Source: Cyanophora paradoxa CCMP329 (taxonomy: Eukaryota > Plantae > Glaucophyta). From it: a stretch of DNA of 64,000 bases. The notes beneath the pieces were generated by a model. It saw nothing but the letters and a program-made list of their open reading frames with translations. It was not told where the DNA came from and made no database searches. The translations under genes and the position numbers were made by a program. The DNA is taken from the NCBI GenBank assembly GCA_004431415.1, contig QPMI01000162.1, positions 108,153 through 172,152 of the forward strand, written 5' to 3'. Shown here one piece after another: positions 1-12,171 of this stretch; position 1 is the stretch's first letter, and each line of letters starts with the position of its first letter.

Positions 1-1304
1 GGGGAGCTCCACCCGATTTTTAGATCATATGCATGAGCCGCCGCGGGGCTAGCACTGCAGCGCTAGCTGAGCTCGTGAGGGCCCAGGCCGGGTCCGGGGG
101 GCCGGGAGGGGGGAGGGAGGGGGGGGGAGGGGGGAGGGGGGGGAGGGGCGGGAGAGAAAGAGCCTCGAGCTCGAGTACTAGTCACTGATCATGAGCCTCG
201 GAGCTCGAGTTCGAAGCGCTAGCGAAGGCCTATATATAGCTAAGGGAAGCGTACGCGTTCCGGGATCCGGATGCATTAATACTAATATTACCATTTTAAT
301 TTGTCAGATCTAGAGGGCCCCGGCCCGGCCGCGGGGGCCGGCCCGCGGGATCCGAGCACCGAGCTCGAGCGTGCCGCAGTGCGCGTGCGCATGCGGCGCC
401 CCCCGCGCGCCGCGGCGCGGCCGGCGCCGGCGCAACTAGTACCGCAGTACTGTTAACGTTGAGTCAGCTGCAGTGTTGACTCGCGATATATCGATCGAGC
501 TCACTGAGCGAGTCAGCTGCAGTGAACGGCGCGCGGAACGCGCGGCCGCGGGGCCGGGGGCCCGCGCTGCAGCTGGGCCGCCAGGTTCAGGGAGCTCGAT
601 CGCGGCCGCGGAGGACCCCGCGGCCGGGCCGCGGTGCACGTGGCCTAGGGGAAGGATCACCGGGCGGTAGCTCGGTACCCGGTAGTCCACCCGCTGTCCG
701 GGCCCGGGTACCGCACATACATGCGCCGATCTGCATATATATATACATGCACCGAATGCCACCGAATGGCACCGATCGATCGATCCGCCGGCGACCGGCT
801 AGCCAATGGTACGCGAGCGGCCAAAAAGCGCGGCGAATTAGAATGCGATTCCTGAGTTCCCGGAGGTTTTTGATTAAATCCGCGATATTCGATACCTTTT
901 GGGGATACCGGTACGTCCCTTTTTTTCTGCCGTTCGCTTCTCCCCCCCAAGGAATTGACATGCGTGTGCTTCTTGTACGCCGGTGCGTAGCGCCTAGCTG
1001 CCTTAGCCTGCCTAGCAGCTAGCTAGCGTATACCAGCAGTCTAATTACCAGCAGCAGCGCCATCAGCAGCAGCAAGAACGTGGGCGCGTGCTCGTGGTCT
1101 AGACGGCGCCCCTCCGCAGACGCCGCCAGCTGCACTCCGCCTGTGGTGCCAGTTCTCCTTAGTCTCCGAATCAGTGTCAGCTTTTCGGCGAGACTCCAGC
1201 TGCAGCTTGCAGCAAGCGCGCAGCGAGACTTGATTCTCAAACCGTGAGAGTCGGTCACATCCCTCCTCGCTTGCGGCGCTGGCGGGGCGGGTGTGCGAAA
1301 TGCG

Positions 1305-4239
1305 ATGGGCGAGCCGGAGGGGAAGCATTCCCGGCGAAGTAGCAGCGGCAGCGAGAAGGTTGGCAGCACCAGCGAGAAGGAGACACAAGTGCGTGAAGAG
1401 CCGCCGCGCATCGACCCCGCAAGCTCATGACCCAACCCCGCCGCGCAGATCGAAATGATCATCAAAACGGTGTCCACGCAGGGTTCAGCGGCCATCCGCA
1501 TGTCCTACAGCTCGCATGCCACGGGCCCCGCTGGCGACATCGATGCACCGACCGCCGTCACGGAAGGCCTCCGGGCGGCGGAGGCGGCAGCGGCGGTCAT
1601 GGCAGGCGCGCCGTCGCGCTCCGGGGATATCCCCTCGAGACCGTCGATCAAGCGGCGGCGGGCGACGCTCGCCGACCTGCCGGCCGCGCACAGCGAGTGC
1701 GCTTGCCCGCCCCGCGCGCGGCGCCGCGGAGCGCGCCGGCGAGCCGCGCGCGCAGGTCGATGCGGCGGGCGATGCTGGACGACGAGGGGGCGGCCCCGAT
1801 CGAGAGCAAGGCGCTGGGCACGCGCCTGAGCTTCTCGGACGGATCGCTCGAGGACCGGTACCGCGTGTGGCGCGGGGCGACCTCCATGCAGCACGGCTGC
1901 TACGCCGCGATCTTCTGGACGGCCTGCTGGATCGCCGGCGTGGCGGCGCGCCACGCGCTCTACGGCCCGCGCCTCACCTCGCTCGTCCCGGCGGTGGTCG
2001 TCTGCGTCATCCTCGCCGTCTTCTCTGCGGCGCTCGTCCTTGGCACGATCTTCGGATCCCGCTTTATCCGCCACAGCTGGCAGGCGCGCCCCTGCGCCGC
2101 CCGCCCCCCGCCCCCCGCCCGGCGCCCTCGCCCGCTCGCGCCGGCCTGAGCGCGGCGCGCGCGCCGCCCCGCAGGCGACCGCCCAGGGCCTCCTCTTCGT
2201 CTCCGTGGCTGTCGTTAACTACCTCTCGATTCACGAGCCCGAAACCAAGTACCCCCTCGTCTTCTGCGTCGTGCGCGCCGCCCGCCGCCGCCCGCCGGCC
2301 CGCCGGCCGGCCGGCCGGCCCGCCTGCCCCGTCCGCGCCGACCGGACGGCCGCGCCCCAGATCACGAACCTGACGGTGAACCTGGCCACGCTGTCGTTCG
2401 CGCTGCCGACGGGGAACGTGGCGATGCTCTCGGGCGCCTCGGCCGCCGTCCTGGCGCTCCAGGGCGCCCTTATCGAGGAGATCCGCTACAGGTGCCGCCG
2501 CCGCCGCCGCTCCGGGAGCCTGCGGGGCCCTAGGGATGTGACGACGCGGCGGGCGGCAGCATGGTGACGTGGATCGCCGTCGCGATGCTCATCATCAACC
2601 TCTGCACCTGGTGCGCCCCGCCCCGCCCCGTCTGCCGCCGGCTCGGGGCAGAAGCAAGCGTGGCGGCGGGCTGCAAAGAGCTGTGTCGAAGGAAGCGCCG
2701 CTAGAGTCACTTCGGGGGGCGGGCCGGGATGGGCCCGGGGGAAGCAAGCGAGCGAGCTGGCTGCGGCTGACCCCTTCGGGGGCCAGGACGTATGCGTCGG
2801 TGCAGCTTGAGCGCTGGAAGCGGTCGGAGTACCGGCGGGCGGACCTCTACTCGCACCGCGTCCGCCAGGAGGCCGCCCGCTCCGAGCAGCTCGCCCGCGA
2901 GCTCAGGGCGCGCCCCGCCCCCGCCCCCGCCCCGCGATGCTCCGTGATGCTCTAGGCCCCGCCCCGCCTCGAGATTCCATAGAGACTCTAGGCCCCGCTT
3001 CGCGCCACTCCCCTCCGCCCGCCCGTCCAGGCCCCGCCGCGCTTCTTTCCCGCGCCGCGCCTCGCCTGTCCGCCGCACCGCGCTCACGTCGCGCGTGCGC
3101 AGGAGCTGCGGGAGCAGCGGGAGCGGGAGCGGGCGGAGGCGGCGGAGGAGAAGCGCAAGAAGTCCTCCTTCGTCATCTCCCAGCCCATCGAGGTGCGCGC
3201 AGGCGGGGGGCCGGGCGGGCGGGCCGGCGGGCGGGCCGGCGGGCGGGCGGGCGGGCGGGCGGGCGGGCGGGCGGGCGGGCGGGCGGGCGGGCGGGCCGCC
3301 CCTCGGGCACCCCTCACTGGACGGCCGGGGCAGCGCGTGGTGGCGTCGGTGCAGACGCTGAAGGAGCGGGCGGAGGAGGACGGGCGCGCCGAGGACCAGC
3401 GCCTCCTCGACGAACTCCTCGAGACCGGTGCGCCCGCCCGCCCGCTGTCCGCAGTCCGCAGTCCGCGGTCCGGTCCGGTCCGGTCCGGCCCGGTCGGTCC
3501 GGTCCGGTCCGGTCCGGGAGAGGGAGGCGGCAGGCCGTCTAGAGCGATGCCCTTAGACACGGCACGGGCCGGGGCTGCTCTGCTCTGCTATGCTCTGCTG
3601 CCGATGGACGACCCAGGCTGCTGCTCTGCTCTGCTCTAGGGGTTGGGGGGCTTGGGGCTTGGGGCCCCCCGAGGCCTCTCCCCGCTGTCTAAATCCCGCG
3701 GGGCGCAGTGAGCGCGACGGCCAACCTTTTCGTGCCGGAGCTGGCGCGCACCTCGGCCGACGCCGACGACCCCCTCCTCGCCTCCTGGCTCCAGCTCGAG
3801 GTGCCCGCCTGCCGTCGCGGACGAGCTTGTACCCCCGCGCCTCGCGCCGCGCGCCTCACTTCGTTCGCCTTAGCTCTCGCCGACGACGCGGCGGCTGAGG
3901 AACGCCTCCTTCCGGTCCAACCTCCCCAGCACCTTCGGCGACATGTCCTTCCGGTGCGGCCTCCTTCTTCTTCGGTTTTGACGCGGCCCGGCCGCCCGCC
4001 CGCCCCTCGAGATCTGACCGACGCCACCGACCGGCTCTCGCCCCCTTCTTCCTTCCTTCCTTCCTACGCGCAGGCGCCGGGAGTCGGCGCTGCTGACGAT
4101 GGGCCGCCGCTCCTCGCGCCGCTTCTCCGCCGCGCCCAACGCCCTCGCTTCGTTCCGCCTGCCCCCCAGGTGCCAGCGAGCCGAACGACAGCGCGCGCAG
4201 TCGCGCTGACGGACGCCCTGGGGGGCGGCAGCTCGGAAA

Positions 4240-4281
<42 letters not shown>

Positions 4282-7200
4282 GGGCTGGGGCGGGGGAGGG
4301 GGCGGACCCGCTGGGCCCCGTGGTGGCCGCCCTGCTGCCTGAGGAGGACCAGGCCCTCCGCGCCCTCCTCCCCCGCGCCAAGGACTGGTCCGCCCCCCCG
4401 CCCGCCCCCCCGCCCTCAGATAGATAGATAGCTCCGAGCGGGATCGCTCTCCCTCCCTCGCTTGGAGGGGGCGGGGGCGGAGGGGCGCTGCCCCGGGGGG
4501 GCGGGCCGCTGAGGGTGCCGCGCTCGCCCGGCAGGGACTTCGACACGATGGAGCTGGACAGCCTCACCGACGGCCGCGCCCTGCGCGTCCTCGCGTGCGC
4601 CCGCCCGCCATGCCCCACGCCCCCACCCGCCCGTCCACGCTCGCCCCCTCTTGCCGACGCTCGCGCAGGCTCCACTTCTTCCACGACCTCGGCTTCGCCC
4701 GCACCTACAAGCTCGACGCCAACAAGGTGCCGGCCTGCCGGGCCCCTAGCGTGGCGCTGCGTAGCGTGGCGCAGCGCAGCGCAGCGTAGCGCCGAGCCGG
4801 AGCGAGCGAGCGAGCGAGCTTGCGCTGACCACCGTCCCGCCCGGCCCGGCCCAGTTCTTCAACTTCCTGGAGGCGGTGGACGCGGCATACAACGCCAACT
4901 GGTACCACAACGGGGTCCGCCCGCCCGCCCGCCCGCCCCACTGCCCCACTGCTGCCCCCTCGCCCGGCCGCCGAGCTGACTCGACTCGACTCGACTCGAC
5001 CTGACTCGGTGCAGACGCACGCGGCGGACGTGCTGCAGGCGGTCGTCTCGCTGCTGACGAGCCCGGGCCTCCGCCAGCACCTAAACGACCTCGAGCGCCT
5101 CGGTCCGCCCCCGCCCCCGCCTCCCTGCCCAGCTCGGCTCCCTCAGCTCGCCCGCTCACGCTGCGCTCGCTCGCTCGCGTGCTTTCAGCGGCGCTGCTGG
5201 CTGCGATCGTGCACGACATGGGCCACGAGGGCCGCAACAACAACTTCGAGGTCCGTGCCGGCTAGAGGGGACACCGGGACGGCTAGAGGGGACACCGCCG
5301 GGACGGCGCTCTCCGGCCCGCCTCCACTGGCACGCCTAGTGCTCTCCACTGCCCTTTACCACGCGCCCCGCCCCGCCGCGCCGCCCCGCCCTGCCGTCCC
5401 TCCTCCCCCTCATCCCTCGCCTCAGATCGCGACGGCGTCGGAGCGGGCGCTCATCTACAACGACCGGAGCGTCCTCGAGAACTACCACGTCTCCCGCTGC
5501 TTCCTCGTCCTCCGCCAGGCACGCCTCAGCGGCCCGGTCCCGCCGCCAGCCAGCTCGCCGCTGAGCTTTGCTCGGCTTTGCTTTGCGCAGGCGGACTGCG
5601 ACTTCCTGGGGTGCCTGCCGGTCGCGGACCGCAAGGCGCTGCGCCGCTGCGTCATCGACGCCGTCCTCGCCACCGACATCTCCCGTGCGCCGCGCCCGCC
5701 CGCCAGCTTTTAGAGAGCGGGAGCTAGTAGCACGCGGACGGGTGTCTGTCTGTCGCGCCCACCTTGCTATTGAGAGCTGCTTATGTCGCCCGCCCACCCG
5801 TCCGCTTTAAGCTATTAGGAGCTAGCGCGCACTGGCGTATCTGTCTTTCAGACCCGCTCGGGACGAAGCCTGCCTGCCGCTGACGGGCAGCCCAGGCCAC
5901 TTCGAGCTGCTGGGGGCCTTCAAGGCGCAGAGCGGCCTCTCGACCTTCGGCAAGACCGGCGAGGACCGCCAGGTCCCCCCCCCCCCCCCCCCTCCGCCCG
6001 TGCCGCCCGCGTCGGATCCAATCCAACCGCCCTCCCGCCCCCCGCTCAGATGGTGCTCAACGCGCTCGTGAAGTGCGCGGACCTCGCGAACGCGGCGCGC
6101 CCGCTCCCCATCTACCGCCGCTGGGCAGACTGGGTCATGCAGGCGCGCCCCCGCCCGCCCGCCCCCTCGGCCCTTCTTCTCTCCTTTTCTCGCCCTTGAC
6201 CTCACTCTTCTTCTTCTTCCCGCAGGAGTTCTACGAGCAGGGGGACGACGAGAAGAGGCTAGGGCTCCCCGTCAGCCCCTGGATGGACCGCGACCGGCCC
6301 CAGATCCCCCAGTGCCAGACGTGCGCCCCCGCGCCCGTACCCCCCCTCGGCCGCCGCCGTCGTTTCTTACCGCGGGGGGTACGCCGCGCAGCGGCTTCAT
6401 TGACTTCCTCGTCGAGCCGCTGTACGCTGCCTGGGCGCAGAAGTTCCCCGGTGCGTGCAGCGCGGGCCCGAAAGGAAGGAGAAAGAAAGATAGGAAAAGA
6501 AAGGAAAGGAGCTGCCACGCGCTGACGTTTCCCCCCCGCGCGCGCCGCAGACTTCCAGCCCAAGCTGGACCAGGTCCAGGCCAACCGCGCCTACTGGAAG
6601 AAGGCGTGCCCCGCGCCGCTCCGCCAGCCGCCCTGCGCGCTTGTTGCTGCTCCTCTCACCGTCGTTTTCGTTCGTTCCCGCCGCAGGTGATCGAGTCGGG
6701 CGGCGAGGGCATCGGCAGCGGGAGCGTGAGCCCCGCGGGCCCGATCAGCAGCGCCCCCGTGACGTGCGCTCGCGCCCGCCACCACACTCCGCGCTGGCGC
6801 GCCGACGCGGCCGCGCCGCCCGCCGCGCCGCAGGTTGACGCGAAGGCGGAGCAGCACGTGCAGCGCCGGCGCCGAGGCCGCGACGGACGCCGCCGCCGCC
6901 GCCGCCAGCGCCGCCATCGCCGCCCAGACCGCCTCGATCTCGGCGACCGTCACCGCGCCGCTCCTGGGCCCCTCCACGCCGGCCGACACGCCGCCACACG
7001 GCTCGCCATCCGCGTCCACGGGCCTCGTGCCCTCCATCGCCATGCTCACGTCCGCCGCCTCGGCCTCCTCCGCCGCCGCCGCCACCGCGGCCGCGCGCAA
7101 GTCGCCGGTGCCGGGGGCGGCCCCTGCGCAGCTCTCGTTCTCCATCGGGGCGCCCAACATCCCGCCGCCCCCTACGAACCTCCTCGTCGGCCTCGGGAGC

Positions 7201-7952
7201 CTCGCCCCGGACCCGATCGCTCTGCCCCGCCGGCGGCCGCGCAGGCGCCGGCGCCGGCGCCGGCGCCGGCGTGGGTCGCGGCGCCCCCGCCCGAGCTACT
7301 GCAGCAGCAGCAGCAGCAGGCGGCGGCGGCGCACCCCTTCGCGCCGGAGCCGACCAGCCCCGCATCGTCCGGCTCCGGCCGCACCGAGCCGCCGGCCGCC
7401 GCCGCCGCCGGCGGGACGCCGCCGCTGGTCGGGCTCGCGCAGGCGGCGCGGGCTCAGGCGGCGCTGGGCGGGAGCGAGCGGCGCTCGAGCACGCCGACCA
7501 AGTCCTCCCTCCGCAACCGCAACTCGATCTCGCTCGGCGGCGCCCGCCCCGACTCGCCCGCCGACGCCGGCGCCGGGGGCGAGGGCGCCCCCTTCGACCC
7601 CAACGGGAGCATCCGGTGCCCCCTCTTTGCCTCTCCCGTCCCGTCTGGATGCCCCCCCGCTGACCCCGCGCCCAGGCGACGCTCTGTGATGTTCTCGGGG
7701 CGGGACGTGCGCCTCTTCAGCAAGGAGGAGGCGATCTCGTCCCCCGCGGGGGGCGCCTCCGCCCCGCCCCCGACCTGGGCGCCACTCGACGGCGGCCCGG
7801 GCGCCGGCGGCGGCGGCGGCGGCTTCGGCAGCCTCGGATTCTCCGTGCTCGGCGCCGCCCCGCCCCCTTCCTCCGAGGGCGCCGGCGTGACCCCGGCCGC
7901 CCCCTCGTCCTCCGACTCGATTCTGGGTCGTCGGCGCTCTCGCCCGCAGTAG
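1305..7952 (+). CDS. Class I 3',5'-cyclic nucleotide phosphodiesterase with N-terminal multi-TM domain (~25 introns)
   Basis: Spliced exons give PDEase_I motifs: YNANWYHNG/THAADVLQ, AAIVHDMGHEGRNNNFE, ALIYNDRSVLENYH, VLATDIS, VKCADLANAARP, EFYEQGDDEKRLGLPVSPWMDR, GFIDFLVEPLY. Hydrophobic helices at ~1890-2610, coiled coil at ~2800-3430, low-complexity tail to TAG at 7950-7952. Start 1305 inferred via intron 1389-1448. Confidence 0.93.
3213..3296 (+). repeat. (GGGC)n intronic microsatellite, G-quadruplex-prone
   Basis: Run of GGGC units inside a PDE intron; (GTCCG)n follows at ~3447-3515. Confidence 0.9.
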
Positions 7953-8829
7953 CAGCGGCACCGTACCGTGCCCCGCTGCTTCGTGCCGCGCTTCTTATCG
8001 TGTCGCTTCCGGCTCCACTCCGCGCCTTGCGCCCGGCGACCTTCGCCGCGGCGCCTTTTATCGTTGTCGCACCTCCGGGCTTTCCGTATTTTCGTATCCA
8101 TTTCCTTATCATTTTAATGATTTTCATGCTTTTTTGCTTCACGTATCGCTTTTATGGTATCGGTCGGCTCGTCATTCATTCATTTCTCTACTACGCTAGT
8201 TAGTTTAGCGGGAGCCGCGAGTCTCCTCCTTGTACTCCCACGCTTCGCGGGGCCAGAGGCCGCCTGCAGCTGTGTGCTCTATCGTTCGCTTACTCGCCCG
8301 CGCGCGCGGGCAACTCGCATCGCAGCAGTCCCCGCCAATTCCCCTTCCGCCTGCCAGTCAGGCGTTGTTCATATGGTATTTGTCTATGTAGAAAAATCAA
8401 TTAATCTCAACGACTGACGTCGACACGAACCGCTGGAGCCGGCAATTGGACCTCAGGGCCTCTGGATCCTGTAGGCCTAGGCCTAGTCTTGGGCTGTGGG
8501 ATTCCGGGACCGCCGATACTATGATATCGATCGCAAGCGTCGCCTTGACGAGCCTCAGAGCATATGCGCATGCATCGCGATCGCGATCGGAGCCTTTATA
8601 TTATAAATTAAGACTCCATTCATATTGCAATTGACCACTCGCGAGCTCAATATATATATATATTAATTGCAAGCTCATCATCGCTGCGCATGCATGAGTG
8701 CCATGCCGGAGATATCGACATACACGGATACGCGCATAATGGATTCAAATGAACATGTACAGATTGCAGGGAGGGAGTGAGCGGGGGCGCATGCAGGGGG
8801 CGCAAAAACGCGCCCCGCGGTTCAAAAAA

Positions 8830-8856
8830 TCAGATCAGATCAGATCAGATCAGATC
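8830..8856 (-). repeat. (TCTGA)n pentamer repeat overlapping the SAT stop codon
   Basis: Plus strand tcagatcagatcagatcagatcagatc; on the minus strand the first TGA is the SAT stop. Confidence 0.85.
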
Positions 8857-10832
8857 TGGAAGTCGAGGACGTAGTCGCCGGCGGCGGAGAGGGTGCCGAC
8901 GCGGTGGTCCATGCAGAGCGACGGGCACGGGTCCTTGTTGCTCGGGCCACCCAGCACCTTCGCCGGCACGCTGCGCGCCGCCGCGCCCGCCCCTCAGGGG
9001 CCGAGCGGGAAGGGGAGGGGTACGGCGTTCGGGTGCCGCACCCGACGGCGGTGCGGTGGGCGGGTACGTCGTTCAGGACGACCGATCCCGCGCCGATCTT
9101 CGCGAAGATTCCGATGCGAATGTTCCCCAGGACAGTCACGTGCGCGCCTAGCACGGGTTAGGGGGGGGAGACGGAGGGTGGGGGGTGGGGGGTGGGGGGG
9201 CGATTCGGGCGGGGCGGTTGGGTACCGAGGAGAACGCCGTGGCCGATCTTGGGGTGCCGGTCCCCCGTCTCCTTCCCGTTGCCGCCCAGCGTCACGTTGT
9301 GCAGGACTGGGCGCCGGGGCGAGCCGGCGGGTCAGGAGCATGGATGGGGGTACATCATCTGAGGACGCGGGAGGGGTACGCGCGCACTGGAGACGTCGTC
9401 GCCGACGACGGCCGTCTCGCCGATGACGACCCCGATTGCGTGGTCGACCAGGATGCCCTGCGGCGCGGAGCGCAGCGGGTCAGTGGCGTAGAGGCGTAAA
9501 AGAAGAAGCGGCGCGAAGAAGAAAGAGGCGTGCAGTCGCTCTAAGAGGAGAGCCCGCCCGTCCACGGGATTCGGGACGGGGACTAAAAAAAACCATCCGC
9601 GAAAAAAACGGGGACGGGGATTCGCCCATCCGCGAAATTATCCGATCGGGACGGGATTCGAACCTTCCCGATGCGCGCCGCCGGGTGTATGTCGACGTGG
9701 AATACCTGTACTCCCCCGTTCGGATCGTACCCCGCGGGGCCGGGCCCGGGGGGTACGGCGCACGTCGGAGATGAGGCTCTGGAGGGTGTGCGCGATGGCC
9801 TTGCGTCCCTGCGCCCACATCGAGTGCGCCACCTGCTCGCCCGCGGCGAGCGATCAGCGGCGCGCCGGCCGGGAGATCAGAAGGGGATCAAATGAGAGCG
9901 CGCCCGGTAGGCCTGGACGGCCTGGAAGCCCTTGAAGTGGAGCAGGGGCTGCGAGTAGCCGCGGCAGGCAGGGTCTCGCTGCTTCACGGCCTGCGCGGAA
10001 ACGGCGCCCGTCGGGATTGACGGCCCGAGGCGGCGCGCGCCCCGCGCTGGCGGGAGGGGCGCACGACGAGGTCGGCGCGGATGGCCTGCCGGACGCAGCA
10101 GTCCCTGTTGAAGACCTCCGAGATCATCGTCACCAGCTGCGTCGAGAGCAGCGTCGGGTTCGCCAGCTGCGCGCGCGGCGCGGCGCGGCGCGGCGGTCAG
10201 CGATGGAGCGGAGCGAGCGCGGCGGCGGGCCGGGGGCGGGCCTTGTGTGCGAGGCGGAAGCACAGCGCCTCGTAGAGATTGCGGTGCGAGAGGATCGTGG
10301 ACCAGAGGAAGGAGGCGAGGTCCGGCTCCGCCGCCACGTCCCGCTGCGCCTCCTCCCGGATCGAGTTCCACAGCTCCGTCTGCCGGCACGGCGACCCTTG
10401 GTTTCGCGGCGGCGTGCGCTCCCGTGCGGCGGCGGGACGCACGTCGCTCGGCAGCGCGTCGAGGTTGTGGCTCGGGAGCGCCGAGTCCTCCATCCGGTTC
10501 TGGCAGCACGGGCACGGCGCGCACTCGCGGCCCTCGCTGTGCGGGGAGCATGGGCCCAACGACGAAACGAGCGCCGCGAGGTTGCCGAAGCTCTGCTCCC
10601 CGCTGTCCCCCTTGCAGGCGGAGTAATTCGGGTGCGCCGCCCTGGCCTTGGGCTGCGCGGCTCCTGTAAGCTCGAGCGGGCTCCCGGCTCGAACGAGCTC
10701 GAAACGTCAGACCTCCGGCGACGGCGAACGCGACCTGTGGCCCGCCTTGTTCAGCTGCGCCGAACGCGGCGTCCTAACGACGGGGTTCACGTCGAGCGGC
10801 GGCTCGAAAGCGATGCCGTTGAGGGACAGCAT
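8850..10832 (-). CDS. SAT: Serine O-acetyltransferase (CysE/SAT), spliced
   Basis: Exons: LWNSIREEAQRDVAAEPDLASFLWSTILSH, RDPACRGYSQPLLHFKGFQAVQAYR, VDIHPAARIGK, GILVDHAIGVVIGETAVVGDDVS, HNVTLGGNGKETGDRHPKIGHGVLLG, KIGAGSVVLNDVP. C-terminus DYVLDFQI* keeps the terminal Ile typical of SATs. Start (MLSLNG) inferred. Confidence 0.95.
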
Positions 10833-11450
10833 ATTGGTGCGTGCCGCACGGCTCTCTGCGACCTAACCGTGCTCTCTAAGCGGCTGCAGCTGGGTCTCTT
10901 GCGATCGGCGTACGGGGGGACCGGTTTGATCTCTCGCGTTTCTCCCCCCCTCCCCTGGCCCGTTGGCGGCGTCGACTGGCAGCGCAGGCTAGAGCGCTCC
11001 ATACGACTCCTGAGCATGCATACTATAGCTATGATATGTGCAATTCTAAGCTCATCGGCGCGGTCGCCTATGGACATAGCCATCGGCACGGCTGGCGCGC
11101 GCTGCTCTGCAGTTCACGTTCCGCACGCTGATCGAAACTGTAATTCGACCTTTATTGACACAGCCAGTATCACGTACTCTACGCATTACAGTACGGTAAC
11201 AAGCAACACATACATCTGTTCATGATTCATGACGCCTTTCTACATGATGAAGACGGCACAGCAGCAGGACTCGATCTGTACATGATGCGATGGAAAGCTA
11301 GCTACCCGTATACGTATCTAGTACTATCCACGCCCAGCCGTAGGCCCGCAGGGGCGTCGGGGGCAAAATTGATTGAAAGCGAGGCGGGGCGCGCGTTGAA
11401 AGAATGCTATAGCGCTAGGCGCCCGGCTCGGGTTCGGGAGGGGCCGGCCC

Positions 11451-12171
11451 CTACGCGGGGGGCTTTTCCATCATCTGGATGGGCTGGCCGGGCGCCATCT
11501 GCGAGAGAGGGGCGGGGCGTCAGGGGCGCCGCCGTGGGGCGGGGGCGCGAAGGGCGGGCGGCGGACCATCATCATCTGCTGGCCGGGGGCGGCCATCATC
11601 GGCATCTGCCCGATGGCGACCTTGAGCCCGCCGATCCTGCGCGCAGCCACGTGTCAGAGGCCGCCGGGGCAGGGCCGCGCAGGAAATTTTGAACCGCGGC
11701 GCACTTGATCGTGTCCTTCTTCATGCGGAACTCGGCCTCGTTCGCGACTTGCATGTTCGCACAGCACGGACAGCCTGCGCGAGCGGGACGGATCAGGCCG
11801 GGCCGGCGGCGGAGATAGAGCGGGGAGGGCCGCACAGCAGGCGAGCATGCAGTCGTTGCAGGTGTCCTGAGGCAGGCCGTAGAGCGCGCGAAGCATCGTG
11901 CGGTTCGTGTAGATCGAGCTCAAGGGCACGCTGCTCAAGCAGCCGATGAGGAGGCAGTCGGCGCAGCCGGTGGGGCGCTGCTCGAGGACGCCGCGGGTCC
12001 GCCTCGCCAGCTCGCCGGCGCAGCAGTACGCGAGCAGGCAGTTCCTGTGGAACGGATCTCGTGAGAAAGCTGCACAGCTTAGCGAGGGGAGCGGAGAACG
12101 CACGTGATGTTGTAACCGCAGTCGCAGAAGCCAATCGTGAACGCCGCAGGGTTGGGGTTCGGCTCCACCAT
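11451..12171 (-). CDS. PLAC8-family cysteine-rich protein
   Basis: MVEPNPNPAAFTIGFCDC...NCLLAYCC...RTMLRALYGLPQDTCNDCMLAC..CPCCANMQ matches the PLAC8 pattern (R..YG....C.DC....CCPCC...Q). Met/Pro/Gln-rich tail ends MMEKPPA*. Confidence 0.85.

Noticed and set aside
1-720. Cloning-vector polylinker contamination
   Set aside because: Sites are overlapping and redundant, no vector backbone features are recognisable, and the same texture recurs in many intergenic tracts.
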